Assembly: GCA_030390025.1 (NCBI GenBank)
Contig: CM059434.1
Location: 60,326,001 to 60,390,000 of the forward strand
Length of the DNA stretch: 64,000 nucleotides
DNA from: Squalus acanthias
Taxonomy: Eukaryota
Direction of reading: 5' to 3'
Shown: positions 1 through 12,002 of the stretch, one piece after another
Layout: the number at the start of each line of letters is the position of its first letter
Position numbering within the stretch: the stretch's first letter is position 1
Notes under the pieces: generated by a model
The model's input: the letters and a program-made list of their open reading frames with translations, nothing else
Told to the model about the DNA's origin: nothing
The model's database searches: none
Translations under genes and position numbers: made by a program

Positions 1-120
1 TTAACAAGCCCAATCAACGTAAAGTCATTCTACAGAGTGGGCTGGAGCCGGGAGCGGGGTCGGGACCCGCCACCGACGTCGTCCCCCATGGACCCGCCAA
101 GTTAGGGGAAATCGCGGCCC
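1..120 (-). mobile_element. Terminus of a Harbinger-family element, truncated by the window edge
   Basis: The reverse complement (GGGCCGCGATTT...GTCGGTGGCGGGTCCCGACCC...GGGCTTGTTAA) matches the left end of the element at 39630-39738. Confidence 0.75.
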
Positions 121-339
121 ACAACTTATTACTGCACAAACAGTAACTTTCTTTGGTACACCTTTGTCAAGTCAAAGGATATGTATTTCTATTGTAACCA
201 TTTTATTGTTGCATAGATAGTTTACTGGCAATTTCTTAAATTATGTAACTGGTTTTGTTTACCGTGTCCCATATATGGTAAATTGGAGTGCTTATGAGTA
301 GTTCCTAATTGCTGTTGATGCTGCGTGCAGGAGAGATTA

Positions 340-490
340 TATAGAATCATTGCCATTTCAGCACAGAAGGAGGCCATTTGGCCCATCATACTGTGCTCGT
401 GTTAACTCCACAGTGGAACTATCTACTATAATCCTTTGCTCCTGCTCTTCTCCAAAGCCCTTTAATATATTTGCCATGTTTAGTAGTTCT
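340..490 (-). mobile_element. Old CR1 3' tail fragment
   Basis: ATAGAATC...CAGCACAGAAGGAGGCCATTTGGCCCATC resembles the reverse-complemented CR1 3' ends elsewhere in the window. Confidence 0.5.
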
Positions 491-2069
491 AATGGGATTC
501 AGGATCTGGTCTCAGCAAATGTTGTGGCGGTGTGTGTAAAATCAGTACCAGATCAGCAGTGAGAAAGTAACTGGAAAGAACTTTATACTACAGGTAGCAG
601 TTTGAGACCTTACAGCGACATGTGACTTGTAATCTCGAGTTGTAGTGCTGGCCCCGCAGTGCTCTCTCGGCAGGTAAAATGAGCTTGCACTGACATTTGA
701 AGGTTTAAATACTGACTGCCTGGAACTATTTAATGTTTGCTTCACACCGGTTGTGGTAGAGCAGATTTTCCGATCGGTAGTAGCCGATTTTCAGGTGTAA
801 AGTGGGCATTGCCAGCCGGATAATTGGCTGGAGATCCGTTTTTTTTATTGCATTTGATTATAATGGCTAAAAGAAGCAGCAGTCAGTTTGCGTGCGGATC
901 TATATAAATAAGGTCAAAATGACATCACAAGGCTGCGCACGCTATTTCCGTCACTTCCTCTGATGTAGCGCTGTTTCCATTTCCTGCCGTACAATCTGGG
1001 AGTCCACGGTTTCCCTGCCTGGAATTGGCCCATGATATTAAAATTAGGCTGACTCCAGTGGATCAGTGCATTATGGCTCGAGTTGGTGTGATTCGCACCC
1101 CACTCTACTTCTGGTCAGGCTTAACACCCAATCAAGAAACTCTATACTAATACATCTATAACAGTTGCAAATCCAGGATGGTGGGAGACTGCTGTTGTAT
1201 CGCTTGCGCAAACCCTTTGGCTTATTTCACACTCAGATTTTACCACACTTTGCATTGATGCAGAGATGTAAATATGTTGTGCTTTTATATGCACATGCTT
1301 GCTCCCAACTCGGCCTGGTGGCTACAGTGAGCGTGATTGGGAGATTGCCCATTGGTGGGCTGGAATTTGTGTGCTGCTGCGGGATTTAAAGTCCTGCAGC
1401 AACTTAAAGGGGCAGGTCTATTGGATTTTTCAAATTTGGGAACAAACTTATGGGGGGGGGGGGTGGGGGGGGTGGGGAACGATGCCTGCAAAAAGAATCA
1501 TTACCATTTGTCCTGCGAGGACATTTCTTTAGCTTAAAGTACATTCCCCACTGCTTATAGCGGGTGCGCGGGTGCTAACGTGATTTGCCCGCTATGTGTG
1601 TTGGATGGTTTACATGAATCTTACTGGCATCCTACAAACTTGCACTTTTTAAAGTCAGAATGAATTAGAAACAAATGTATTTTGATTAGTGTTGAAATGT
1701 TCAGACCAATTTATTGAAATTAATCGAATCAGATAAATTCATGGCTAATGCTCTGCTGTGATGTCTTTAAACTCAAACTCCTGAACTGATTCCATGGTCA
1801 GGAAAAGATTTGTGGAAGTGCTGGTGTGTTATGTATCTGGTAACTCCTAATTCACTAAGCAATGTATAAAGAGAACATGGCGAAGATCCTAATTTGCAGC
1901 CGACAACATTTAGATGGGATTAAGTTTAACAGGTAATAGCACTTTAACGAGATGCGAATTGCTCACTGAACACCTGTTACTCCCCTAAATAGCAGGCGTG
2001 CTTAATACACTGTTAGTGGTGACTGTATTGATTTGTGGACAATAATTCGCAACACAAACAAAATGTTTT

Positions 2070-2660
2070 CTTTTATTCATTCATGGGATGTGGGCGTCAC
2101 TGGCAAGGCCAGCATTTATTGCCCATCACTAGTTGCCCTTGAGAAGGTGGTGGTGAGCCGCCTTCTTGAACCGCTGCAGTCCGTGTGGTGAAGTTACTCC
2201 CACAGCGCTGTTGGGGAGGGAGTTCCAGGATTTTGACCCAGCGACGATGAAGGAACGGCGATATATTCCAAGTCAGGATGGTGTGTGACTTGGAGGGGAA
2301 CTTGGAGGTGGTGATGTTCCCATGCACCTGCTGCCCTTGTCCTTCTAGGTGGAAGAGGTCGCGGGTTTGGGAGGTGTTAGCAAAGAAGCCTTGGCGAGTT
2401 GCTGCAGTGCATCTTGTAGATGGTACACACTGCAGACCTGGTGCGCCGATGGTAGAGGGAGTGAATGTTTAAGGTGGTGGATGGGGTGCCAATCAAGTGA
2501 GCTGCTTTGTCCTGGATGGTGTCGAGCTTCTTGAGTGTTGTTGGAGCTGCACTCATCCAGGCAAGTGGAAAGTATTCCATCACACTCCTGACTTGTGCCT
2601 TTTAGGTGGTGGAAAGTCTTTGGGGAGTCAGGAGGTGAGTCACCTAGAATACCCAGCCTT
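2070..2660 (-). mobile_element. 3' fragment of a FADD-type non-LTR retrotransposon (CR1/Jockey-group LINE, here called family A)
   Basis: Encodes AWMSAAPTTLKKLDTIQDKAAHLIGTP. The 3' end GGGCAATAAATGCTGGCC...CCCACATCCCATGAATGAATAA is shared with the copies at 46885-48870 and 51995-54082. Confidence 0.85.
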
Positions 2661-2684
2661 GCGCCCTCCCACCCTGCTTTCAAA

Positions 2685-2755
2685 ACAACAACTTGCTGTT
2701 GCGTAGCACCTTTAACATAGAAAAAGATCCCAAGGCATTTCACAGAAACTTAATC
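2685..2755 (-). mobile_element. L2 3' tail
   Basis: ACAACAACTTGC...TAGCACCTTTAACATAG...CCCAAGGCATTTCACAG matches the reverse complement of the L2 tail at 38720-38790. Confidence 0.55.
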
Positions 2756-3430
2756 AACCAAAACATCCTCCTTAGCACCTCCACCTGGATTTTTTGCTGG
2801 GGTTCTCTTGATCTCTTGCCATAACTTGGGCGAGAGCTCGGTGGTACTCCCAGGGAGGCAACATAATGGCTGCTTACGCCATTTCTCCAGGGAGGGTGGT
2901 GTGTTCCACTGATCTTCCACCCAAGTTACAGCAGGAGTTCGGGAGAACCCAAGTGAAAATTCACCCCTCTTCTCTTCAACTGTGCCATTGGTCTTCCCAG
3001 TTCCAAATTCTTCTTCTTTCCCTGCTTGGTGTTCTTTTTCCACTTCCTTGTTGAGCACTCTGAAATGTTGGGTGCGAGGAGGGTTACATAAATGAACATT
3101 GCTGTTTAAACTGAGTGTAACAGTGAACACTGAGTTATAAGGCAGTTATTTAGCTACATGCTTCTGATTTCACAAATCATGAGACTGATTCTTAAGTTGA
3201 TTTGGAATACTTACGTAGTCACAAGTTTGAACCACTGCCAGCCAGACATTTATTGCTGGATTGTTTTGCATGTTTTATTCCCTTTTATTAGAGTGTGTGG
3301 CTACAGACAACTTGCTGTCGCCCTCCTTCAGTAGAAGCATAACAAACGCGGTTGTGATTTATTTCCTGAACAATGGATCAATAACCAAATCAGTTTCAAT
3401 TTTGGAAGTAGCAGAGCCCGATACAAAGGT

Positions 3431-4652
3431 GTCAGCTGGTAGCACTCTCACCTCTGAGTCAAAAGGTCGTCGGTTCAAGTCTTCCTCCAGGACCTGAACA
3501 CATAATCTAGGCTGGACACTCCAGTGCAGTACTGAGGGAGCGCTGCACTGTTGGAGGTGCCAGCTTTCAAATGAGACATTAAACCAAGGCCCCGTCTGCC
3601 CTCTCAGGTGGATGTAAAAGATCCCATGGCACTATTTCGAAGAAGAGCAGGGGATTCTCCCCGGTGTCCTGTCCACTATTTACCCTTCAACCAACATCAC
3701 TAAAACAAATGATCTGGTCAATGGCTTAGAAATTCGCGTGGCCGGCTTGCTGCGGGGGTAAGGATCGCATGCGCTCTTACCCACCACGCCTGTCGTTGTG
3801 TTTTGGGCCCACAGGAACTTCGGGTCCTGGGCCTCTCCCTAGTGCCGGCGCGCAGTGCTTGCATGTTCCAGGGGCGCAGTTAGTGCGATGCGACCCCTGG
3901 GATCACATGGGCCATGGAGAGCCAATGGCAGCAGACCATCTTTCATTCATAGATTTGACAGGAGACCTGTCAAATCTGTGAATTGAAATCGGCCCCAAAA
4001 GAACAGCTAAACCTCAAATAAATTTTTTAAAAACCATCACATTTATAAAATAAGTATAGTTAAATAAATTAACCACTTTAAACAAAAATTTACATTTTTG
4101 AAAAAATTAAAATACTTTTTAAAAGTTATAAAAATAAACTTACCTTTCTTTAAAGTATCTAAAAAAGATAAACCTGTTGAAAAAAATTTAAAATTATACT
4201 TAATTAACTACTTACCTTGTTCAAAAGGGGTCTTACGCCTCCTTTTTACTAGCGTAGAATCTTCAATACTTACCCTCGCGTTGAAACCTGAAAAAAAATC
4301 TAAGTGTGCTGCCTGCGCGCAGCCTCTAGCGCGCACGCGGTTCACCTAGGAACCGCCCCCTTCACCATACCGGAAGTGCCGGTTTCCCGCGCATGCGCAG
4401 TGCATGCAGAAAACCGGCACTTCGGGAATGAATACGGGTGAGTACGCACTGAGTACTCACCCGAGAACGGCCGAATTTTTGGGCCATTATCTCTTTGCTG
4501 TTTGTTGGGACCTTGCTGTGTGTAAATTGGTTTCTGTGTATTTCCTCCATTACAACAGTGACTACACTTGAAAAGTACTTAATTGGCTGTAAAGAGCTTT
4601 TGGATGCCCTGAGCTCATGAAAGGCGCTATGTAAACGCAAGTCTTTCTTCCT
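3431..4652 (+). mobile_element. Deu-type tRNA-derived SINE (SacSINE1-like), split by a MITE into 3431-3722 and 4486-4652
   Basis: Core GCAGTACTGAGGGAGCGCTGCACTG...AAAGATCCCATGGCACT. The two halves rejoin to give the same sequence as the intact copy at 5473-5940. Confidence 0.85.
3723..4485. mobile_element. Non-autonomous PIF/Harbinger-like element (MITE)
   Basis: TIRs GGCTTAGAAATTC / GAATTTTTGGGCC; degenerate 3-bp TSD AAT/ATT; cleanly interrupts the SINE. Confidence 0.75.
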
Positions 4653-4764
4653 TTATCAAACTTTTGCAGTAGGTTCAAAATGTGAGATTGAATCAATTTT
4701 GAATAACTAGGTGGAGGAAAAGAAGTTAACTAGCAGGAAATTTGCACTTTAAGTAGAATTCTCA

Positions 4765-5190
4765 TCTTGGTTTACTGGTAGCTCTCTTGTGTCTGAGTCA
4801 GTTGTAGGTTCAAGCTCCACTCCAGGACTTGAGCACCTAACCTTAATTGACATTTTGCCACAGTACTGAGGGAGTGTTGTATTGTTAGAGGTGCTGTTGT
4901 TTGGATGAAACATTAAATCAAAATATTTGCCTGCTTCAGTGGTTTAGTTGGACATTAAAGATCCCATAGCACTATTTAAAGCACAACAGAGTTCTCCAGA
5001 TGCCCATGCCAAACATTTGTTCCTCAACCAACACCATCAGAAACAGATTAAGTGGTCATTCATCTTCATGCTTTTGCTGGGCACAAAATGGCTGCCACAT
5101 TTGCCTACGTAATAAGTCACTACACTTCAAAGTAATTAATTGTAATCTGAAGCACTTTGAGATAATCCGCTTTATAGATGCAAGCTCTTT
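4765..5190 (+). mobile_element. Degraded Deu-type SINE
   Basis: Colinear with 5473-5940 (CAGTACTGAGGGAGTG, AAAGATCCCATAGCACT, 3' tail). Confidence 0.75.
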
Positions 5191-5472
5191 ATTTAATCAT
5201 TTTTTCTTTTTATTTCATTTCTTTGCCATGCCCCTTTCCATGCTATGTTAAGAAAGCGCCCTTGGGTAGTTTTCCACTCTCTTGTCCCAGAATAGATTGC
5301 CTAGACTCCTAACACTGACCCCCTCCCCCCACCCGAGAGGAAAGTCTAGGCTAGTTCTTCGCATGTGGTTTACAAAGTACTAACACCCAGGAGAGAAATT
5401 TATGCAGTAATCTAGTTGTCCTTTGTTTGGGCCCTACTGGGAATACATGGAATCATTGTTATAAAATCATGT

Positions 5473-5940
5473 GTCAGCTGTGGCTCAGTGGGTAGCACAC
5501 TTGCCTCTGAGTCAGAAGGTGTGGGTTCATAGTCCCACTCCAGGGACTTGAGCACATAAATCTAGGCTGACACTCCAGTGCAGTACTGAGGGAGTGCTGC
5601 ACTGTCGGAGGTGCCGTCTTTCGGCTGAGACTTTAAACCGAGGCCCCGTCTGCTCTCTCAGGTGGATGTAAAAGATCCCATGGCACTATTTCGAATAAGA
5701 GCAGGGGAGTTATCCCCGGTGTCCTGTCCAATATTTATCCCTCAATCAACATAACAAAAACAGATTATCTGGTCATTTTCACATTGCTGTTTGGGGGAGC
5801 TTGCTGTGCGCAAATTGGCTGCCGTGTTTCTCACATTACAACAGTGACTCCACTTCAAAAACGTACTTCATTGGTTGTAAAGCGCTTTGAGATGTCAGGT
5901 GATCATGAAAGGCGCTATATAAATGTACGTCTTTCTTTCT
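5473..5940 (+). mobile_element. Full-length Deu-type tRNA-derived SINE (SacSINE1-like)
   Basis: Pol III A box TGGCTCAGTGGG (5481) and B-box-like GGTTCATAGTCC (5524); Deu-domain core; L2-like 3' tail AAAGGCGCTATATAAAT...TCTTTCTTTCT. Confidence 0.9.
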
Positions 5941-7167
5941 AAAATGCAACCAATGCTTTAGATAAGCAACTGACTACAGAAATGTAAATGAGATGCTCGG
6001 AACTGCTTTTCTACTATGCTCTTCCAAAAATATAGGCACTTGGCCACATTTATTGGCTGATCAGAGATAGTATTAAGTTCAGGGTGGTGCAAACCAAATA
6101 TTTTAGAAGCCAATGAAATGGTTGACTTTCAATGCATTAAAATCATATCAGCAGAAATTCCTTCATGCTGAATGTCTATTTATGTCTGCACACCTCAGAT
6201 TAGTTTTCATCAGATGAATATATTAATGATGCAATCATTAAACTGAAAATTAGAAATTGATTGGTAAGTAACTAAGACCAGCCTGTTAATGAAGAAAGTC
6301 TAATGTGGGCACAGTCCTGCACTAAAATAACAGATTATTACCTTTCTGTGGCTGAAATTTTGTAATTAATTACAATTCTAATATTGGGTATCTGTTGCTT
6401 TGGAAATATGTCTCTCCCCAGCAAGTTCAAAACCATCACCTTTTGGACAAAAGAGCAAATTTAACTCCGTTTGTAGACTATTCCATCTGGTGAAGAGGAT
6501 GGCACTGGATAATTGTTCCCCCCACCCTCCACTGACTTGAGGAGAAGACCCCTGACCGCCACCTCAATCACAGCACCTCGGCTAGAGACAGGAGTTCAAC
6601 AGCATGGCTAATAAGGCCATAAAAAAGCAAACACAGTACTGGAGTTCATTTCTAGAGGAATAGAATTGAAAAGCAACGTTGTTATGTTAAACTTGTATCG
6701 AACCTTGGTTGGACCACACTTGGAGTATTGTGAACAGTTCTGGTCTCCATATTATAAAAAAGATATAGAGGCACTGGAAAAGGTGCAAAAAATATTTACA
6801 AGGTTGATACCAGAACTGAGAGATTACACGTATCAGGAAAGATTGAATAGGCTGGGGCTCTATTCTCTGGAAAAGAGAAGACTGAGGGGTGACCTGATAG
6901 AGGTCTTTAAGATTATGAAAGGGTTTAATAAGAGAGACGTGGAGAAGATGTTTCTACTTGTGGGGAGACAAAAGCTAATAGCCATAAATATAAGATAGTC
7001 ACTAATAAATCCAATAGGGAATTCAGCAGAAACTTCTTTACTCAGCGTGTGGTTAGAATTTGGAACTCGCTACCACAAGGAATAGTTGAGGCGACTAGCA
7101 TAGATGCATTTAAGGCAGGGGTGGGCAATTATTTGGGCTGGAGGGCCACTTACCAAGTTTTGGTGAG

Positions 7168-7326
7168 CTTTTCCCCCTAAGGTGCGCGGCTGTGCGGTTG
7201 CGCACCAATTGCAAGGTCCCGCGCAGGCCGCTCACCAGCTCCTGCTGCTGGAAGAGATACCGTGCATACACGGTCACGCACAAATTTAAAGGGACCACGC
7301 ATGAAAAAAAGTTAGAGGGAACATTG
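7168..7326. mobile_element. Small hAT-like MITE nested near the left end of the Pack-hAT
   Basis: Right end TTAGAGGGAACATTG; partial left end TTCCCCCTAAG. Confidence 0.45.
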
Positions 7327-8130
7327 CCGCACACATAAAATGAATTGTATTAACAACAGCTACCATTAAAATTTGTTATGGCATTTATTGTATAAAGAAC
7401 CCTTCATGTCGTTTCCACACTTAATAAAAATAACAATACTTATTAACATGGTAACGAACATGATACAGGTTCACGAGTCACATTGAAAAGTGCATGGCCT
7501 GTTTATTCCAAATGGTCTAAATTCATTCTTATAGTGGAAAATGAGAGATCGACTCTGCTTCCACTGGCAATTATAAACAAGGTATAAGGCACAATCAAAG
7601 ATAAAATAATTTATACAACCTTTAAAAATTGCACATGAAAGTGCTACTTTGATGCTTTTGAAACCTCGCTAAGAAATAATTAGGTGACTCAGAAAATGAT
7701 TTATACCGCAAATTGCACCCCAGATTAGCCATCCAATTGGCCTGTTCATTGTCAACGTGCTATCATTCCTGAGAAAAGCCAAGGCGCTGATAGAGGTTGT
7801 GGTCTTTCACTGGAGAATGGGCACAAGTAATGCACCATTATAAGACACATTTCTTCCCCGAGTGCTATTTATTACTGGGACTGGCCAATGACATAAATCT
7901 CTATAACCCTCTTCCAATCATGATAATAAACTTAAATTGTTCATGGTATAGGGAAAAAGGGCTTAAATTAAAAACAGTGAGTGCAATGTCCAATATACCC
8001 GGGTCCATTTAGTTATGCTTCCACTATGCTAATTAAGTGGGATAATATTAAAACGAGTGAATAATTGTGCAAGATTTAATAACCCCACTAACAGTCAGTG
8101 GTGAGAGCAAAGTGTTAAATTGGTAAAATG

Positions 8131-8232
8131 AAATAGCAACAGAAAGCGCTGGAAAAGCTCAGCAGGCCAGGCAACATCCGTGGAGAGAGAAACAGAGTTA
8201 ACGTTTCAGGTCGAAGACCCTTCGTCAGAATT
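8131..8232 (-). mobile_element. Penelope-type terminal fragment with a degenerate minimal hammerhead core
   Basis: Minus strand reads CTGACGA-AGGGTCTTCGACCT-GAAA-CGTT, followed by the pLTR-like CTGCTGAGCTTTTCCAGC. Confidence 0.6.
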
Positions 8233-8551
8233 GGTAAAAATTTGAAACAGGCCAACTCGTCATCTTGATCCTCACTCCCACTTCTACCCTCCCAATAATT
8301 TATAAATTTAGATAATAGTCACATACTATCTTAAATACACAGAATGTAGTGTAAAATAGTAAAATCTTTCATTACTAAGTGAATGAAATGATTGATCGAT
8401 CAATTATATGTTGTACTGAAAGTCTACATAGGTGTTTGACAGAGCGGCTCAAGTCTGTGGGGGCTCCGACGCGAGAGTTGTTCTCTTTTAGTGTGCGGAG
8501 TACGGGAGCCCGAGGCTTCGCAAGGCCTGAACTACAATCGCGTGCCATTAC

Positions 8552-8685
8552 CTGGAGTCCTTGTGCTCCGGGATCCACTCCCGTGTCTAAGACGGCGATG
8601 AGAACTCCCCCTGCCATCGTACTCTAGGTATCGGGAGAGGAAGGATGCAGCCTTCAGTAAAAGAGTCATCGAGATGAGCAGCCAT
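8552..8685 (-). pseudogene. TPP2: Tripeptidyl-peptidase II exon 1 fragment, disrupted and transposon-captured
   Basis: ATG at 8685 gives MAAHLDDSF, then a deletion/frameshift, then AASFLSRYLEYDGRG, a +1 frameshift, and [18 protein letters not shown] followed by the donor CAG|GTAATG. This matches the recalled vertebrate TPP2 N-terminus ([33 protein letters not shown]), including the subtilase catalytic Asp motif. Confidence 0.9.
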
Positions 8686-9634
8686 GACTCGACTCTAAAA
8701 TGGTCAGGGTATATTCGAGTACGCAGTGCATTCTGGGTATGGCCATCCGCCATTGGGGCCCAGAATCGCAGAACGGATCCTTTTAAGATCGAGCCGGGGA
8801 GAATCGCTTTTGCGAATTGATAAATTGAATTAAGCATTAATGTGTGTTCCCTGACTGCAGTTCTGGTCCATCTCTAGCCCACGAGAAGTGAAAGTGGATA
8901 GACTAATGTGCAGCTCAAGCTCCGGTTCATGTTCCATTTCTGACCCGTCCAGTGGCCGGATGGAATGACTTGGCGGGCCAGATACGGCCCGCGGGCAATA
9001 TTTTGCCCACCACTGATTTAAGGGGAAGCTAGATAAGTATATGAGGGAGAAAGGAATAGAAGGATATGCTGATAGGGTTCGATGAAGAGGGGTGGGAGGA
9101 GGCTCGTGTGGAGCATAAACACCGGCATAGACCAGTTGGGCCGAAAGGCCTGTTTCTTCGCTGTACATTCTATGTAGTTCTATGCAATCAAGCATGTTGC
9201 CCACCCCCCACATACATACTGTGGCATCGTGTATTGGTGTCTCAAACCGCTTCTAAAAAGCCACTCTCTGTGCGTTTGTTTTTAATGTAGATTTTTTTTG
9301 ACTGTATTAATTTGATTGAATTTCAAGGAACACTAAAGGGGAATAAATAAACTTTTCTTCAGCAACTTTTTTTATATATTGGCTGGGAGTTGGGCAGGGA
9401 GTGAGATCTGAAGACGTGCATCATCTCGGACTGGATTGAAGGGATTGGAAAGTTGAGGAAGAAACGTCGAAGGATGGATTGATGAACTACGGAGGGAGAG
9501 ACACATGGGACTGCGGGCAAGCCAGTGAGGCTTTGCTTTTCAGCTCAGTAAAGGCGGAAAGAGACCTGTTGAGTTGATGCATAGAATTTTTGATAAAGGG
9601 CTGACTGCTCAAGGTAATGATTGAGCTTTCATTG

Positions 9635-9922
9635 AAAGAAAGACTTGCATTTATATAACGCCTTTCACGACCTCAGGACATCCCTAAACGCTGTACAGCC
9701 AATGAAGTACTTTTTGAAGTGTAGTCACTGTTGTAATGTAGGAAATATAGCAGCCAATTTATGAACAGCAAGGCCCCACAAACAGCAATGAGATAATGAC
9801 CAGATAATCTGTTTTAGTGATGTTGGGTGGGGGATAAATATTGGCCAGTACACCAGGGACAACTCTCCTGCTCTTACGTCCATCTGAGAGGGCAGACAGG
9901 GCCTTGGTTTAATATCTCATCC
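9635..9922 (-). mobile_element. Deu-type SINE, 3' half
   Basis: Reverse complement of roughly 5630-5940. Confidence 0.8.
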
Positions 9923-11223
9923 TCTTTCATACCACAAGTAAATTCCTTTACAATAAAGCAACATCTAATATCCACCAACCTCTCTGTTTAAGCCTTGGAT
10001 TGCAACTTGGGTTCAAAGGTTTTCCAACTGTATCATTTCAGACATTTAAAGGGCAACTCTGTCTCCTGGAAGGGAAAGAAAGGACCTGCATAACATTTGC
10101 GGTCCCTTTATTGAGAAGGGAGGCAGTGCTTGTTAGTCTTCCATGTGCCCGTAAACAGTTTTCTGTTTTGTGTCACCAGCTGCTGAATGAGTGGAACAAT
10201 TCGTACTCTTAGCTATTGTTTCAACTTGCTATCAGTTTACGCAGGCTATTGTATAATTACAGAACAGTGAGTCAAGTGCAAAGTTGGCACCTTTGTGACA
10301 AATGTTAGGATATCCCAGGCCTGTTCTTAGATTTTTACCGATGTCCTTTTTAGAATTTATATGCCAGTCAGCAGTGTTCGAGGTAGAGCGTAGATTGTGA
10401 AGGGGTCCAGAAGGCCTTATCAAATCAACTCCGAATGCCCGATTAAGAAACGAGCTTTGCCATATACACTGACACTGACTTATGCCTGCAGCAGAGAGCT
10501 GAAAGGAATTCCAAAGGGGAGGGAATGTTCATATCAGCAGGATAGCTTTTTCTGTATCGCTGCATTTATAACTCGTGCAGTTAATTATTTTGTAATCTGT
10601 CTTGGGATATGTAGCCATTTGTGGGTTGACAAGAATGTGCCATGTTTATTAATGATCGCTGCATCCTGTCCATAAAGCTATACTTCTTTCCTCTTCCCTT
10701 CCTCCCTCCCCCACCTCCCAAATAAACTGTTTGGCAACTTGCACCAAAACTTTTAACGCTGTGTCAAGCAGCTAAGAAATGCATGGCAGATATCTATGTT
10801 TTCAAGGTCAAAAGCTAAATTGATGAGATTAAATGTATTGGGTTATTGTAAAGCGGAGGCCTGATGAATCAAATGGATGATTTTTCCCATTTCTTCCACT
10901 TTCACACCAAAATAGATGATGTCATGGCTGATGTTACATAGCATAACCACTGTGCTACTGTGTCCAGGCCCACATCCCGTGAATGAATAAATTAAAAAAT
11001 GTTTGTCCACTGGTTGCTTTGCAGCAACATCCCAACTGTAACTGAACAGTCCAGCCAAATCAACTAAAAATAGACCTGGTTTTCCTCGCTTGTAGGTGAT
11101 ACTGAATGTTCTCGTGTTTTTTTGCCATTTTCTTTGCACGTTAAATCCAAGTTGGTGCACGACTTAAAGCCGTTCCAGCGGCAGCTTAAATGCTGCCCAG
11201 ATGTGTATGGGCAGTGGCGTTAC

Positions 11224-11438
11224 CTGAACGGTGCAGGGTGTGGTGTTCCATGTTTTGGCATTGTAATCGTGGCAGTGAAAGGAAGTTCACAGATGGTGCT
11301 AGTAGAAGCCAAGTAATCAACTACTGCGCCGTGGTGGGAGATCACGGTGTGGAATTGGGCAGGGCGCACAGATTGCTCCTTCGTCACCTCTCCGTACTGG
11401 ATGTTATACGATAGTCTCATAGGAACCAAAGATGGCGA
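11224..11438 (-). CDS. Candidate internal exon of an unidentified host gene
   Basis: Acceptor TTTTGTTTGACCTTGCTCACAG, donor CAG|GTAACG. Only one frame is open (SPSLVPMRLSYNIQYGEVTKEQSVRPAQFHTVISHHGAVVDYLAS...). Non-repetitive sequence. Confidence 0.45.
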
Positions 11439-11679
11439 CTGTGAGCAAGGTCAAACAAAACTGGCCTATCTGCCTGTACTAAATGTTAAACAAACGTTGT
11501 TGAGCCCTGATGCTGATGAGAGAGGGGGAAGGAAGTAGGCAGGAAATGCTGATCTTGAGAAAGTTTTTGCATGATTAGGAGTCCCTTCCTGCAGTGTGCA
11601 GCAGAGCTAGATCCACAAGCAAAACAGTAGCGAGCCTACTTCAACAGCTCTCTGATCTCTACCACTGAAAAGGACAAGC

Positions 11680-11920
11680 GCAGCAAGACCAAAGGACTAC
11701 CATGAGCTCCAGATTTCCTGCCAAGCCACACAGCATCCTCCTTTTTCATTCATTGACATAGGGTCGAAATCTTGGAATTCCCTACCTAAGATCCCCGTGG
11801 AAGCAACATCAGCTCCAGGTCTGCAGCCGTTGAAGGAGAGGGCCCACTACCACCTTCTTGGGGTGACTAGGGATGGGCAATAAATGTGGCTTTGCCAGAG
11901 CCACAGAACAAATAAAAGAA
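11680..11920 (+). mobile_element. Degraded 3' end of LINE family A
   Basis: GGGTCGAAATCTTGGAATTCCCT...CTAGGGATGGGCAATAAATG. Confidence 0.65.
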
Positions 11921-12002
11921 AAAAAGCATCAGGTACAGTCAGAAGTAGTGGTGAGAGACAAATTGGGGGCAGAAGAATGAACTGACGGGGTGGAGGAAGA
12001 GG

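Larger units (their letters stand above)
7116..9015. mobile_element. Non-autonomous hAT-type DNA transposon carrying captured host DNA (Pack-hAT)
   Basis: TIRs CAGGGGTGGGCAA / TTGCCCACCACTG; perfect 8-bp TSD ATTTAAGG at 7108-7115 and 9016-9023; no transposase ORF. Confidence 0.9.
6606..9185 (+). mobile_element. CR1 LINE 3' portion (6606-7115 and 9016-9185), split by a hAT element
   Basis: ORF2 C-terminus LYRTLVGPHLEYCEQFWSPYYKKDIEALEKVQ...LEKRRLRGDLIEVFKIMKG; the sequence resumes exactly after the insertion and ends in a CR1 tail. Confidence 0.9.

Noticed and set aside
755-2055. Several small MITE-like relics (about 760-1030, 1357-1590, 1879-2050)
   Set aside because: The TIRs and TSDs are too degenerate to delimit with confidence.
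5473-5545. tRNA genes at SINE heads
   Set aside because: The A and B boxes continue directly into the SINE body, and there is no complete cloverleaf with an acceptor stem.
8375-8837. Functional TPP2 gene or processed pseudogene
   Set aside because: It is frameshifted and partly deleted, enclosed by TIRs and a TSD, and stops at a splice donor with no exon 2 sequence and no polyA.
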